64,000 nt of DNA, taken from sequence record MT995927.1; one strand, written 5' to 3'. The notes under the pieces were generated by a model that did no database searches, was not told where the DNA came from, and worked only from the letters and a program-made list of their open reading frames with translations. The position numbers and the translations under genes were made by a program. This document shows, piece by piece, positions 1 through 9,675 of the stretch (position 1 is the first letter of the stretch; every line of letters begins with the position of its first letter).

Positions 1-1879
1 GGCTGTTAACGAAAACGAAATCGGCACCGTTCAAACTCAAGCTACCACTCCTGCTCCGCAACCCACTGCACAGCGTCAAGCTCAACGTCCTGCTGGCGCG
101 CCTGGGTCAACTACTGGCATTAACCATCTAATGCGTCGCTCTGGGCGGCTAGATGGATCTGATGCTCGTTCAGCAGATGCCCTACAAGTATTCACTAAAG
201 TAAAAGAAGAAGCAATCCGCCATCAGGACCTACCTGATGACTTCGATATCCATCGTTTCGATCGCGATGCGCAACAAGTTGGTATGGCTGGTCTACTCAT
301 TGTTAAACTAGCTAAAGATATCAACGGTTCCATGAAGGCATTCGTTCGTACTCTAGTACTCGATAACCTACCTGGTACTCGCATCCGTCCCCGTACCCAC
401 AAAATCAACAATGGTCTAACTGATGACATCATTGAAGAGAAGGTACTACCGCGTGATGTATTCACTGCTCAGTACTGGAGCAAGATCGGCGAGTTCCTAC
501 GGAACCGTTACAATATCCCTGGTCTAGAAGTACTATCCGCTGGTCCCCGTGCAGTGTATGCTGACTTCGACTTCAAAGATGAACTAGCTGTTAAGAACCT
601 ACTAGTTGAATCTGTTAATATCTGTGAAGATGCTATTGCCCGTCGTAACAATGAGACTCCGTTCTCTATTGCAACCCACATCAAAGCAGAAAACGAACAG
701 CTTACCTGCAACCTAGACTACAATGGTATTCCGGTTAAAGATAGCTGTGGTAATCCGATTCGTTCTGACCTGGTTATTTCCACTAGCCGTGGTAAGAAAA
801 CCAACGTACCTGAGAACGAGTTCTATGATACCGATAGCCAGCTAAACCAAGTTAGTCTATTCGTAGATCTACATTGGACTCCGACCACTGGCCAGCAACA
901 AGGTATGTTTGGCGTAACTCTACCTGGTGCAGTTCTACCTCCGCAGTTCACTCCTTACATCGTTATCACTGACGTTCGTAAGGCATCCTGGATCCAAGCA
1001 TGGACTCTAGAAATGTGGCTGTTCGCACTTGGTAATGCGTATCGTGCAACTGCATCTCAGGCATGGGCTCGTACCCTAATGCCGAAGATTGCTACTAGCA
1101 AGATGCGTGATATTGGTGCGCTTGGTTATTACTCAGAGCTAGGCAAAGCGATTGAAACTCGCACCGAAGCATTCATGGCAGACGATAGCAACTTCGTAAT
1201 GCTAATGAACAAGATGGTTAACCAAAACCCTGCATTCCAGATCGATATCGATCCGATGGGTGACAACTCTGCTCTTGAGCAGGTAGTCCTAGATGCAGCT
1301 GGTGGCGTAAACCAAGCTCGTGCAGTTAGCCTGATCTTCCAAGCTCTAACTAACCTATATGGCACTGATTTCCGTCAGTTCTATAACCTAGCTGAAGCTG
1401 GTCCGATTATCTTTGACAACCATCATGAAGTAGACCTCGGTCACTACACTGATGAGCATGGTGAACTAAGCGACCGTCGTGATCTTGACGTTCTAGGCGC
1501 CATGAACATGTCTGAAGGTAATGATCAAGAGTGGAAGACCTGGTATGCTACTCAAGTAGGTAATGACCATATTGTGCGTCGTATGAATAACAGTAAAGGC
1601 TTCGACAAGATGTACCTAGGTAACGTTACCTATACTGGTCGTGCTCGTCGTCTAACCTTTAACCCGAAATTCATCACCGCAATGGATGCCGCAGCAGCAG
1701 CAGCTGGTGTAACTGTAACCATGGAAAACCTAATTACCAACTTCGGTCAACAGCGCTTCGCTGGTTACACCGGTATGGGTAACATGGCTGTTTCTGGTAG
1801 TGCACAAGTTGGTATGGCTGGCAGCATGGGTCAAACTTACGGCGCTCCTTCCTATAATGCACCGGGTACCTGGTACTAA
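1..1879 (+). CDS. chmA: Chimallin, major phage nucleus shell protein (phiKZ gp54-like); start codon probably cut by the window edge
   Basis: The frame of the 131..1879 ORF is open from nt 2 ([11 protein letters not shown]...), and nt 1 G fits the end of an ATG, giving ~626 aa. Strong high-expression codon bias, G/M-rich C-tail, and position directly upstream of the nvRNAP beta-prime gene as in phiKZ. Confidence 0.88.
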   Translation, partial: AVNENEIGTVQTQATTPAPQPTAQRQAQRPAGAPGSTTGINHLMRRSGRLDGSDARSADALQVFTKVKEEAIRHQDLPDDFDIHRFDRDAQQVGMAGLLIVKLAKDINGSMKAFVRTLVLDNLPGTRIRPRTHKINNGLTDDIIEEKVLPRDVFTAQYWSKIGEFLRNRYNIPGLEVLSAGPRAVYADFDFKDELAVKNLLVESVNICEDAIARRNNETPFSIATHIKAENEQLTCNLDYNGIPVKDSCGNPIRSDLVISTSRGKKTNVPENEFYDTDSQLNQVSLFVDLHWTPTTGQQQGMFGVTLPGAVLPPQFTPYIVITDVRKASWIQAWTLEMWLFALGNAYRATASQAWARTLMPKIATSKMRDIGALGYYSELGKAIETRTEAFMADDSNFVMLMNKMVNQNPAFQIDIDPMGDNSALEQVVLDAAGGVNQARAVSLIFQALTNLYGTDFRQFYNLAEAGPIIFDNHHEVDLGHYTDEHGELSDRRDLDVLGAMNMSEGNDQEWKTWYATQVGNDHIVRRMNNSKGFDKMYLGNVTYTGRARRLTFNPKFITAMDAAAAAAGVTVTMENLITNFGQQRFAGYTGMGNMAVSGSAQVGMAGSMGQTYGAPSYNAPGTWY

Positions 1880-2204
1880 TAGGAAATACCTCGGTAGATA
1901 GGGATGTTAAATAAGTAACATCCCGATTCTAATACTGCGACCCTGGTTCACTTCGGTGATAACGGTTAGGAGTAGGTTCTGTGAAGTAATCGACTAGTGA
2001 ACTTAGTCTAGGTCGACCTATCACTACACGAGGATGATGGATCACTTAACCGAAAGGAGTTACTCAAAAGGTGACGTGTGATCAAAACTACAATGGATGG
2101 TAAAAGGTCCTAGTGCCAGAGCGCTACAGAGAAGAGCGGAGGTTAAGCTTTGTAGACGACGCTAGGATCGGGCCAGGCTCCGTTGGTGGTCCATTGTAAA
2201 AACT
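1880..2204 (+). ncRNA. Candidate structured non-coding RNA / long structured 3' UTR of chmA
   Basis: No credible ORF; 45-53% GC in the lines counted. Helices 1901-1909:1916-1924, 2089-2097:2190-2198, 2106-2114:2161-2169, 2124-2131:2148-2155, with a possible pseudoknot 2135-2141:2178-2184. Confidence 0.55.
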
Positions 2205-2247
2205 GATATAGCGGCTCCTTCGGGGGCCGCTTATATCTCCTTTTTTT
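2205..2247 (+). terminator. Intrinsic terminator
   Basis: GCGGCTCC-TTCG-GGGGCCGC stem extended by GATATA/TATATC, followed by T7. Confidence 0.9.
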
Positions 2248-2272
2248 GTTAATCGATAAATAGGAGTTTGGT

Positions 2273-3517
2273 ATGGGTCTTTATGCCAAAGTTGTTGATC
2301 ATGATGAAGTACATGATCAATTTACGGGTAAACGTATTTATGCCAATGATTACAATACGAGTAACTCAGATGAGAAAGAAGAATTTGATAGGCATTTCTA
2401 TTCTCATTTCCAAGATTCAGAAGCAATTGAAAGTAGCGTAAGTTGTGATTGTCGAGCAATCGAAGACGCACATAAACTCGGAGTAATCTGTGATATTTGT
2501 AATACTCCAGTTGTCAATACTTCTAGCCGCCCTATCGAACCATCAATGTGGGTTCGTACACCAAAACATGTACGTAGTCTAATTAACCCACGTTTAATCA
2601 TTATGCTAACTGGATATCTAGTAACTAAAGAATTCGATTTCTTAGCATATCTAACCGATACTTCTTATCGATACGATGTAGAATCCATTGCCTCTAAAGA
2701 AACACGCAGGAAAGTAGATAGACTACTGCATCGAGGATTTGAAAGAGGATTAAATCACTTCATTGATAACTTCAATGAGATCTTCCAATTCCTACTAGAT
2801 GCAAATATTATCTCTAATAATAAATCCGAATTCGCTCAATTCATTGCTCAGAATAAAGATAAGCTATTCCCTAAATATTTACCAGTTCCTTCTAAACTCT
2901 GTTTCGTAGCAGAATCAACTACATCTGGTACTTACTTAGATAAACCAATTGAAGCAGCAATTGACGCTACCTTAACCTTCGCTAGTATTGATGCATCGTC
3001 TGTACCACTTAGCCCTATTAAAGCTCAGAATAGGACTATGCGAGGACTAAGACTATATGGCCAGTTCTACGAGATCTACGCAAAATCACGAATTGCTCAA
3101 AAGCCTGGTCTTGCTCGGCGTCACATGTTTGGTGCTCGTCTCAACGCTACGGCGCGTGCAGTAATCACTTCTATTAGTGACCCGCATGATTATGATGAAT
3201 TACATATCCCTTGGGGAGTAGGTTGTCAATTATTAAAGTATCATCTAACTAACAAGTTAAAAGCTAAGTTTAACATGACAACTCGTGAAGCATTCTCATT
3301 TGTATATGAGAATGTACTTCAATATAACCAAATCATCGCTGATCTATTTAAAGAGTTAATTGCAGAGGCTGCACCATATAAAGGAATGGGTTGCACTTTT
3401 CACCGAAACCCGACCCTTCAACGTGGATCTACTCAACAATTCTTTATTACTAAAGTAAAAGATGACATTAATGATAATTCAATCAGCATGTCAGTATTAT
3501 GCCTTAAAGCGCCTAAT
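2273..3517 (+). CDS. nvRNAP beta-prime N-terminal subunit, exon 1 (phiKZ gp55-like)
   Basis: N-terminal Zn-ribbon (CDC...CDIC) and RNPTLQ motif. Ends ...LKAPN; joining to 4002 gives the catalytic NADFDGD (487 aa spliced). Confidence 0.93.
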
Positions 3518-4001
3518 CGGACAAGTAACTAACCAAATAAGGTAAAAACAATGGAACAAAACGGAGTAGTGTCCGTCTTTGATCCGGCTTCATTTAAAAT
3601 TGAATATGAAGTGCTTGATAAATACCTTATTAAGTTAATCAAGTCTAGTTCCCCCAGTGAGTAATCATTGGGATGAGTTCTCTCTAATTGCTGGGATATC
3701 CTGTTAAACTAATCTACCACTGCGAGTCGAAAGACAAAGCCAAGGTTTGAAAAAGATTAGGTAGGGCCAATCAGCAGCCAAGCTCCGTAACATTCCATTT
3801 AGGAATAGGAGAAGGTTCAACGACTATTACGGTATCAGGTGCACCGGTCCTAGAAATAGGATGTAGGGTCAAGTGACTCGAAATGGGAGACACCCCACTC
3901 CGAAAGGAAGGGTGAAGATATAGTCTGGTCTGCATGGTAACATGCAGCAGGTGGTAATTATACTACCGGGTATGGATTAACGACCCATACTGAACATAAC
4001 G
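3518..4001 (+). mobile_element. Group I self-splicing intron, 484 nt, no homing endonuclease
   Basis: Exon ends in U3517 and intron ends in G4001. Core P AATTGCTGGGA (3686), Q AATCAGCAG (3769), R GTTCAACGACTA (3815), S AAGATATAGTC (3915). IGS GTCTAGTT 3643-3650 gives a U.G pair at the splice site. Removal restores NADFDGD in frame. Confidence 0.93.
3551..3664 (+). CDS. 37-aa mini-ORF inside intron loop L1 (MEQNGVVSVFDPASFKIEYEVLDKYLIKLIKSSSPSE)
   Basis: SD-like TAAGGT 7 nt before ATG; translated by hand. Confidence 0.45.
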   Translation: MEQNGVVSVFDPASFKIEYEVLDKYLIKLIKSSSPSE

Positions 4002-4220
4002 GCGGATTTTGACGGCGATCAATTGAATCTTACATTAATGCCTGATGTGTATTTAACTAAAGCAACTGAACGCATTGCTCCACATACATGGGTTCTATCT
4101 ATTGATGAACCACATGAAATCTCAGGTAACCTTGAATTACAGGGTCCTGTTGTAGAAACAATTATTAACTGGGCACATGAGAAGTATTTACCACCATTAG
4201 AAGAGTGGTTGAAGTCGTAA
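4002..4220 (+). CDS. nvRNAP beta-prime N-terminal subunit, exon 2 (ADFDGDQLN...; phiKZ gp56.1-like)
   Basis: Begins GCG GAT TTT GAC GGC GAT, in frame with track ORF 4023..4220. Confidence 0.93.
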   Translation, partial: ADFDGDQLNLTLMPDVYLTKATERIAPHTWVLSIDEPHEISGNLELQGPVVETIINWAHEKYLPPLEEWLKS

Positions 4221-4230
4221 TAATAAACTT

Positions 4231-4263
4231 GCCCCTACCACTTATGTAGTAGGGGCTTTATTT
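4231..4263 (+). terminator. Intrinsic terminator
   Basis: GCCCCTAC...GTAGGGGC stem followed by TTTATTT. Confidence 0.75.
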
Positions 4264-4312
4264 CCTGTTATGGCGGCGCCTAACTATGGATGTGAAGTTC
4301 CACTGGATTTAA

Positions 4313-4329
4313 TTTCAGATTTATATCAC
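4313..4329 (+). promoter_or_regulatory. Putative early (virion RNAP) promoter variant
   Basis: TTTCAGATTTATATCAC, resembling the phiKZ early TATATTAC motif; 31 nt upstream of a small ORF. Confidence 0.55.
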
Positions 4330-4360
4330 TAAGGTGCAATAGTGATAAGGGGAATACCCA

Positions 4361-4549
4361 ATGTCTAATATTCGTGAAATTATTCGACGTAACCCGGAAT
4401 GTTTATCACAAGCCGAACGAGATGAACGTGAAGCCAGATCGGTAGCCGTATTAACTAAGAGATATATTACTCGCGGGAATGGTGATGTAGTGGTAAACAG
4501 AAGGTTTGTCGATGCATATGTCGAAATGATCTCTAAGCTTAATGATTAA
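4361..4549 (+). CDS. Hypothetical protein, 62 aa
   Basis: SD AAGGGG; lies behind a putative early promoter. Confidence 0.7.
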   Translation: MSNIREIIRRNPECLSQAERDEREARSVAVLTKRYITRGNGDVVVNRRFVDAYVEMISKLND

Positions 4550-4609
4550 AAGCAAAATAAATTAATAGGGGAGTTTGAATCCACCTATTAATTCTTTGAG
4601 GCTGGTAGT

Positions 4610-4993
4610 ATGCATGATTTAGTTATCTATTGGAAAGCCCATGATGGTTACTACATACAAGATGAATATGGCGAACATCCTGTAACCTTCCAATTCGCAG
4701 AAATTAATTGGAATTTCACTGGAGCGTATGTATACGGTGGTTCTGAACTAATTGATGATCACTTAAAATTTGGTATAGATTTCAAAGTACGTGATATTGA
4801 ATGGCAAATTAGGTTTGATTTAGACGGTAAATTTACTCTGTACAATATGTCAAATAATGATCGGGATGATACCTTTGTAATTCCAGCTACTTCAAAATTT
4901 GCCCAATTCTTTAAAAAGACGGGAAAACATGTAGTTACTAATGAAGTTATCACTATCCCAATTAATTGCTCTTTTGATAAGCAAATTTATTAA
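4610..4993 (+). CDS. Hypothetical protein, 127 aa
   Basis: ORF with SD GAGG; operon packing. Confidence 0.75.
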   Translation: MHDLVIYWKAHDGYYIQDEYGEHPVTFQFAEINWNFTGAYVYGGSELIDDHLKFGIDFKVRDIEWQIRFDLDGKFTLYNMSNNDRDDTFVIPATSKFAQFFKKTGKHVVTNEVITIPINCSFDKQIY

Positions 4994-5005
4994 AGGTAAA
5001 TAAGG

Positions 5006-5431
5006 ATGAATAGTAAATGCAATGAATGTACTAAACAAATCGATAATTCCCACGATATGCCAAAAACACTTGGCATCTGCCATAAGCATTATCGGTTCAA
5101 TGTATTTGGGGATAATGATTTACTTAAAGATTCTGATAAACTGGTTACATTTAAACTTAATAAAGAAACTAATCTATTTGAATGTATTCTAGAAAATACT
5201 AAAGGTGAATATACTGGATTCCATCATCCTAAGTTTGGATTCCGTATTAAACATGATGATCCAATCGCTATTGTGGTGACTGCACCTGAACATGATATCT
5301 ATGTTGAACTAACTGTAACTGTTGAAGGTGTTACAAAAGCTGTCAATTGGTGCGGTCAGGAACTAGACACATTTAATTTACCTATGCAACATCCGTTTAA
5401 TCTATGCTGGTCATATACGGCCAATAACTGA
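5006..5431 (+). CDS. Hypothetical protein, 141 aa, with a possible N-terminal Zn finger
   Basis: SD AAGGA; CNEC...CHKH motif. Confidence 0.75.
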   Translation: MNSKCNECTKQIDNSHDMPKTLGICHKHYRFNVFGDNDLLKDSDKLVTFKLNKETNLFECILENTKGEYTGFHHPKFGFRIKHDDPIAIVVTAPEHDIYVELTVTVEGVTKAVNWCGQELDTFNLPMQHPFNLCWSYTANN

Positions 5432-5439
5432 GGTGTATA

Positions 5440-6051
5440 ATGATTGTAGATGCACATGGTGTAGACCTCTTGGACATCTGTGCAGGTGGCCATCTTACAC
5501 AGCAAACAACTCAATGGTTGGGTGAGCGTAGTCAGGCACTTCGTTCAACTATGTCAACTGCCGCTGCTAGCTTCTTCAATACTGCACAAAATATGTACAG
5601 TATGATTAGTGAATCAGCTGCTGTTCAAGCATTGCGGAATCTGACCACAAAGAAAGATAACTTATGGCAGTCGAACAACATTGTGTATCTTGAGACATTA
5701 GCTGAACTACAAACGGCTGGTCCGATTATGCAACGTTGGGTTATGGCGCATGAGCGTCTAAGAACTATGTACCTTAATAATGAAGTTGATGGATATGGTG
5801 GTTCTTATAATAACATCCAAGGTGATGTGGTAGGTGAACGACAGTTTGATTATCGTCGCGTGATGGATGGAGTTATGTATACCGATAAGAAAGAATTCGG
5901 TTATAAAAACTATCACGAAGATATCAAGAGTGATCGTAAACTTAGCCTGCATGAAAAAGTTGACATCCTCCGTATGTGGAATGCTATTGATGGGCATCTA
6001 GACGCAGGTGAAGAAGATCCAACTTCAGTCGTAGGTAATCTTCTAGGTTAA
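5440..6051 (+). CDS. Conserved Chimalliviridae protein, 203 aa (by synteny phiKZ gp59-like, an import-associated factor)
   Basis: SD GAGGT; core-gene codon usage; function assigned only by counting genes back from gp68. Confidence 0.6.
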   Translation: MIVDAHGVDLLDICAGGHLTQQTTQWLGERSQALRSTMSTAAASFFNTAQNMYSMISESAAVQALRNLTTKKDNLWQSNNIVYLETLAELQTAGPIMQRWVMAHERLRTMYLNNEVDGYGGSYNNIQGDVVGERQFDYRRVMDGVMYTDKKEFGYKNYHEDIKSDRKLSLHEKVDILRMWNAIDGHLDAGEEDPTSVVGNLLG

Positions 6052-6057
6052 ATAAAT

Positions 6058-6085
6058 GAGAGTCCCATATAGGGGCTCTCTTCTA
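6058..6085 (+). terminator. Hairpin / putative terminator
   Basis: GAGAGTCCC-ATATA-GGGGCTCTC followed by TTCT. Confidence 0.6.
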
Positions 6086-6102
6086 TCGTTTAGGAGAGAT
6101 CT

Positions 6103-6438
6103 ATGTCAATTGATCTACTCGTACCAAATAAACTAAAGATGTTTCAAAAAAGTCCAGATGGTACGGGATATATGTACTTTAATAGTACAGATGGAATAGA
6201 ACTTAAACACGATAATCAAACACGACTATTGTATCTACCTGATAATGACTATGTAACTGGTGATTATGTTTCACCTGATGCTAAATTTATTTTCACAGTT
6301 ATTGAAGGTGAAGTGGTCTCTATTAAATTAGATACTGGCGAGGAAATATATAGTTATAGTTTTTGTGATGAGAGTCCATTGTGGAACCATCCACATATTG
6401 CTTTTTACGTTAAGGAAAATACTGATGCTATTAATTAA
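6103..6438 (+). CDS. Hypothetical protein, 111 aa
   Basis: SD TAGGAG. Confidence 0.8.
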   Translation: MSIDLLVPNKLKMFQKSPDGTGYMYFNSTDGIELKHDNQTRLLYLPDNDYVTGDYVSPDAKFIFTVIEGEVVSIKLDTGEEIYSYSFCDESPLWNHPHIAFYVKENTDAIN

Positions 6439-6877
6439 GAATAATAACACATCAAAGCCACTGCACCCTATCCTTAAATTAACTACTGCTGTAGTTGATT
6501 CAACTCGTTTTAATCTTGAAGAATATTCTTATCTTAAAGAAGCATTTAAGAATGGCACTCTACGTATCTATGTAACTGGATATGACTACGCTTACCCATC
6601 TGAAGATGGTCATCTTGTTATTAAAAACGACTATCCTAATGTGTCTAGCAGGCCACCATTTGTACATGTTGGTAGGGATCCAAATGGGTTAATTGAAGAT
6701 ACTCAGTTATATGTAGCTACAACTCATTTTTCAGGGGCAAGTAGTGAAATTACTACCAGACCTATTAGTGTACATGCATGTGTTACTGAACACGATATCG
6801 TTTTAACAAGTACACTCAAGAAAAAAGAAGGTGCTGTTATCGTGTATCACATTGAATTAATTGCATGTAAATATTAG
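6425..6877 (+). CDS. Hypothetical protein, ~150 aa
   Basis: Start moved to ATG 6425, which has SD AAGGA and overlaps the previous stop. Confidence 0.75.
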   Translation: MLLIKNNNTSKPLHPILKLTTAVVDSTRFNLEEYSYLKEAFKNGTLRIYVTGYDYAYPSEDGHLVIKNDYPNVSSRPPFVHVGRDPNGLIEDTQLYVATTHFSGASSEITTRPISVHACVTEHDIVLTSTLKKKEGAVIVYHIELIACKY

Positions 6878-6925
6878 CATACTAGTTAATGTAAGTATTT
6901 AACTGTATGTATCAAGTAATATAAA

Positions 6926-6943
6926 GGGAGCCATTTGGCTCCC
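6926..6943. terminator. Hairpin / putative terminator
   Basis: GGGAGCC-ATTT-GGCTCCC in an AT-rich intergenic region. Confidence 0.55.
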
Positions 6944-6955
6944 ATCTTAACTTAA

Positions 6956-7393
<438 letters not shown>

Positions 7394-7951
7394 ATGACTA
7401 GTGAAGTTGAAAAAAATGAAAGCGAAGCTATGAATTCCATGCTATTAAAACGAATTCATATGCTAGAAGTAACAGTTAGGAATCTAACAAAACATGCTAA
7501 AGTTGTAGATGAGGCTTTCCAACAATTGGTAAAAGCTAAAGCTGAAGAAACTGCAACATTTAATATTCGCGTTAGTCGAGTTCTTGCAGATATTCTTTGC
7601 AATATGGGTGAAAGTATTCGGCATGAAGTTGATGACGCAATGCGAGCTATCAATGGTGATACTGAGCCAGTATTCTCACTAGTTGAAGTAGATGGGGTTA
7701 ATCAGAAAGAACATATGGAATCAGTCATTGTTCGTAAAGGCGGTGATAAAGGTTATATGTTTGCTACTGTTGGAACACCTAATAAGTTCACTACTGAAAA
7801 CTGCGATGCGTTGATTGATTACCTAAATAGTAATCCTCAACTAATGGAAAACAAAGAAGAAGCTCGTTTTAATATCATCACTACTCTGACTAAACAGCAG
7901 ATTGAACAAGTTATGGGTAAAGAAGATGGCAACTCCGGAACCGAACACTAG
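7394..7951 (+). CDS. Hypothetical protein, 185 aa
   Basis: Abuts the upstream stop (TAAATG). Confidence 0.8.
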   Translation: MTSEVEKNESEAMNSMLLKRIHMLEVTVRNLTKHAKVVDEAFQQLVKAKAEETATFNIRVSRVLADILCNMGESIRHEVDDAMRAINGDTEPVFSLVEVDGVNQKEHMESVIVRKGGDKGYMFATVGTPNKFTTENCDALIDYLNSNPQLMENKEEARFNIITTLTKQQIEQVMGKEDGNSGTEH

Positions 7952-8534
7952 AGTTACAGATAGTGATAACATGATCATGGATGCAATGCAAGCCATGGTT
8001 AGCATTCATCAGAAAGAAATACCTATTGTCCATGAGGATGTTTTTGTAAAGAATATATTACCGTTACTTGAATGTCCGTGGGCACCTGGTGCATTAGATG
8101 AATATCGTAAATATGTTCATGAGCTATCAAATCCATTACGTGTAGCAAGTGTTAATACCAAAGAAGCAGTTGTGCTTTTTACAGTTCCAGCACTTTATCC
8201 TCGACCAAGTGTTGCAATCTCATCTGGTGAGAATGTTGCTAGTATTTCTAATGTAATGGATTATTATAATAAAGAACATAATCGCAATCCACGTGGTGGG
8301 TTTGCTAAAGAAGCAGCTCAATTCTTAGAGCGGTGTATTTATAATGAACCATTGGAAAAACAACTTCTACAAGTGTTAATCCAAATCTTAGCAGCATATG
8401 GTCGGGTATTAAAAAATACTGATGGTACTCCGTTATATGAGTTACCGAATGCATCTTCATCTAAATCTGGAGGTGTGCAAGTAGATACACCTGAGAATGA
8501 TGAATGTGTTTACGGTGACGAATATGAAGACTGA
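7926..8534 (+). CDS. Conserved hypothetical protein, ~202 aa (gp64-like)
   Basis: ATG 7926 overlapping the upstream gene end. Confidence 0.8.
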   Translation: MATPEPNTRVTDSDNMIMDAMQAMVSIHQKEIPIVHEDVFVKNILPLLECPWAPGALDEYRKYVHELSNPLRVASVNTKEAVVLFTVPALYPRPSVAISSGENVASISNVMDYYNKEHNRNPRGGFAKEAAQFLERCIYNEPLEKQLLQVLIQILAAYGRVLKNTDGTPLYELPNASSSKSGGVQVDTPENDECVYGDEYED

Positions 8535-9663
8535 TAAAACAAAGAAACCTGGCATATTTCGATATTTAACAGTAGGCGATGTCCATATGGGACATCGCCA
8601 AACTCCTACTGAATTAATCATCAATAACTTTTGGAAAACAGTCCCTGATACAATTTTAAAAGATATTGATATGTTGATTATTACAGGGGATTTATTTGAT
8701 CGTCAATTAAATAATGGCGATCCAGCTGCATACGCAATTGATAGATTTATTACAATACTTCTCTATAAATGTGAAATGTATAATGTAATGATCCGTATTG
8801 TTGAAGGGACCCCATCACATGATCGTGGGCAAATGCAGTTTTTCGTAGAACAAAAGAATAATGCTAATATTAAAGTTGATTTGCATTATTCAAAGATTCT
8901 CGATATCGAGTATATTGAGAAACTAGATGCATATTTCCTTTATGTCCCTGATAAATGGAATCCATCCACATCAGAGACTTTAAATCAAGTAAAAGATTTA
9001 ATGCATAAGAAAGGTATATCTCAAGTTGACTTCACTATTTTACATGGTGCATTTAAACACCAGCTACCAAGTATTGTCGAAGAACCAACACATGATCCAG
9101 ATGAATATTTAGCATTAACTAAATATATGATCAATGGTGGGCATGTTCATGAGATGTCTATCTATGAACGCATTTTAGCTGCCGGTGGATTTGACCGATT
9201 AAGCCACAACGACGAAATTCCAAAAGGATTATTTGATGTTGTGGTAAAAGAAAATGGCGAATGGACCGCTACATTTCTTGAGAATAAGGGTGCGCGTAGA
9301 TACGATACTTTGAATGTCCATGGAATGGATACTAAGCAACTTAATTACACTGTTAAAGAACACATCAAGACATTACCAGCTAACTCTGCAATTAGGTTAA
9401 GATGTAATCCAGGTGATGTAGCTACTGGTGATCTCGATACATTTCAAAATGAATATCCTAATTTTTCATGGAGTATCTTAATTGAAAAAGTTACTACAAA
9501 GAAAAATACTGTGTCAGATAGCCTAAAGAATTTTGATTTATCAGAATTTTTGGATATAACTCCAGAAAGTATTTCTGATTTAATTATTCCAGATATTGAA
9601 AAATTTACAGCGGACGCTGCTCAGATCCAACGGGTATTGGGATTATTGACAGAGTTCAAATAA
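8524..9663 (+). CDS. SbcD/Mre11-like metallophosphoesterase nuclease (gp65-like)
   Basis: Motifs GDVHMGH, TGDLFD, GTPSHD, GGHVH. Confidence 0.85.
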   Translation: MKTDKTKKPGIFRYLTVGDVHMGHRQTPTELIINNFWKTVPDTILKDIDMLIITGDLFDRQLNNGDPAAYAIDRFITILLYKCEMYNVMIRIVEGTPSHDRGQMQFFVEQKNNANIKVDLHYSKILDIEYIEKLDAYFLYVPDKWNPSTSETLNQVKDLMHKKGISQVDFTILHGAFKHQLPSIVEEPTHDPDEYLALTKYMINGGHVHEMSIYERILAAGGFDRLSHNDEIPKGLFDVVVKENGEWTATFLENKGARRYDTLNVHGMDTKQLNYTVKEHIKTLPANSAIRLRCNPGDVATGDLDTFQNEYPNFSWSILIEKVTTKKNTVSDSLKNFDLSEFLDITPESISDLIIPDIEKFTADAAQIQRVLGLLTEFK

Positions 9664-9675
9664 AAGGCAATAATA

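Noticed and set aside
2034-2081. 15-aa ORF in the chmA 3' region
   Set aside because: Poor SD spacing, and it lies wholly within predicted helices.
1880-2204. Hammerhead ribozyme, tRNA or tmRNA identity for the structured region
   Set aside because: No CUGANGA/GAAA core in proper arrangement and no cloverleaf or CCA end that I could find.
3518-4001. Homing endonuclease in either intron
   Set aside because: No ORF long enough and no HNH, GIY-YIG or LAGLIDADG motif in either intron.
4023-4220. Stand-alone 65-aa gene with a TTG start
   Set aside because: It is exon 2 of the RNAP gene; the true frame begins at 4002 after splicing.
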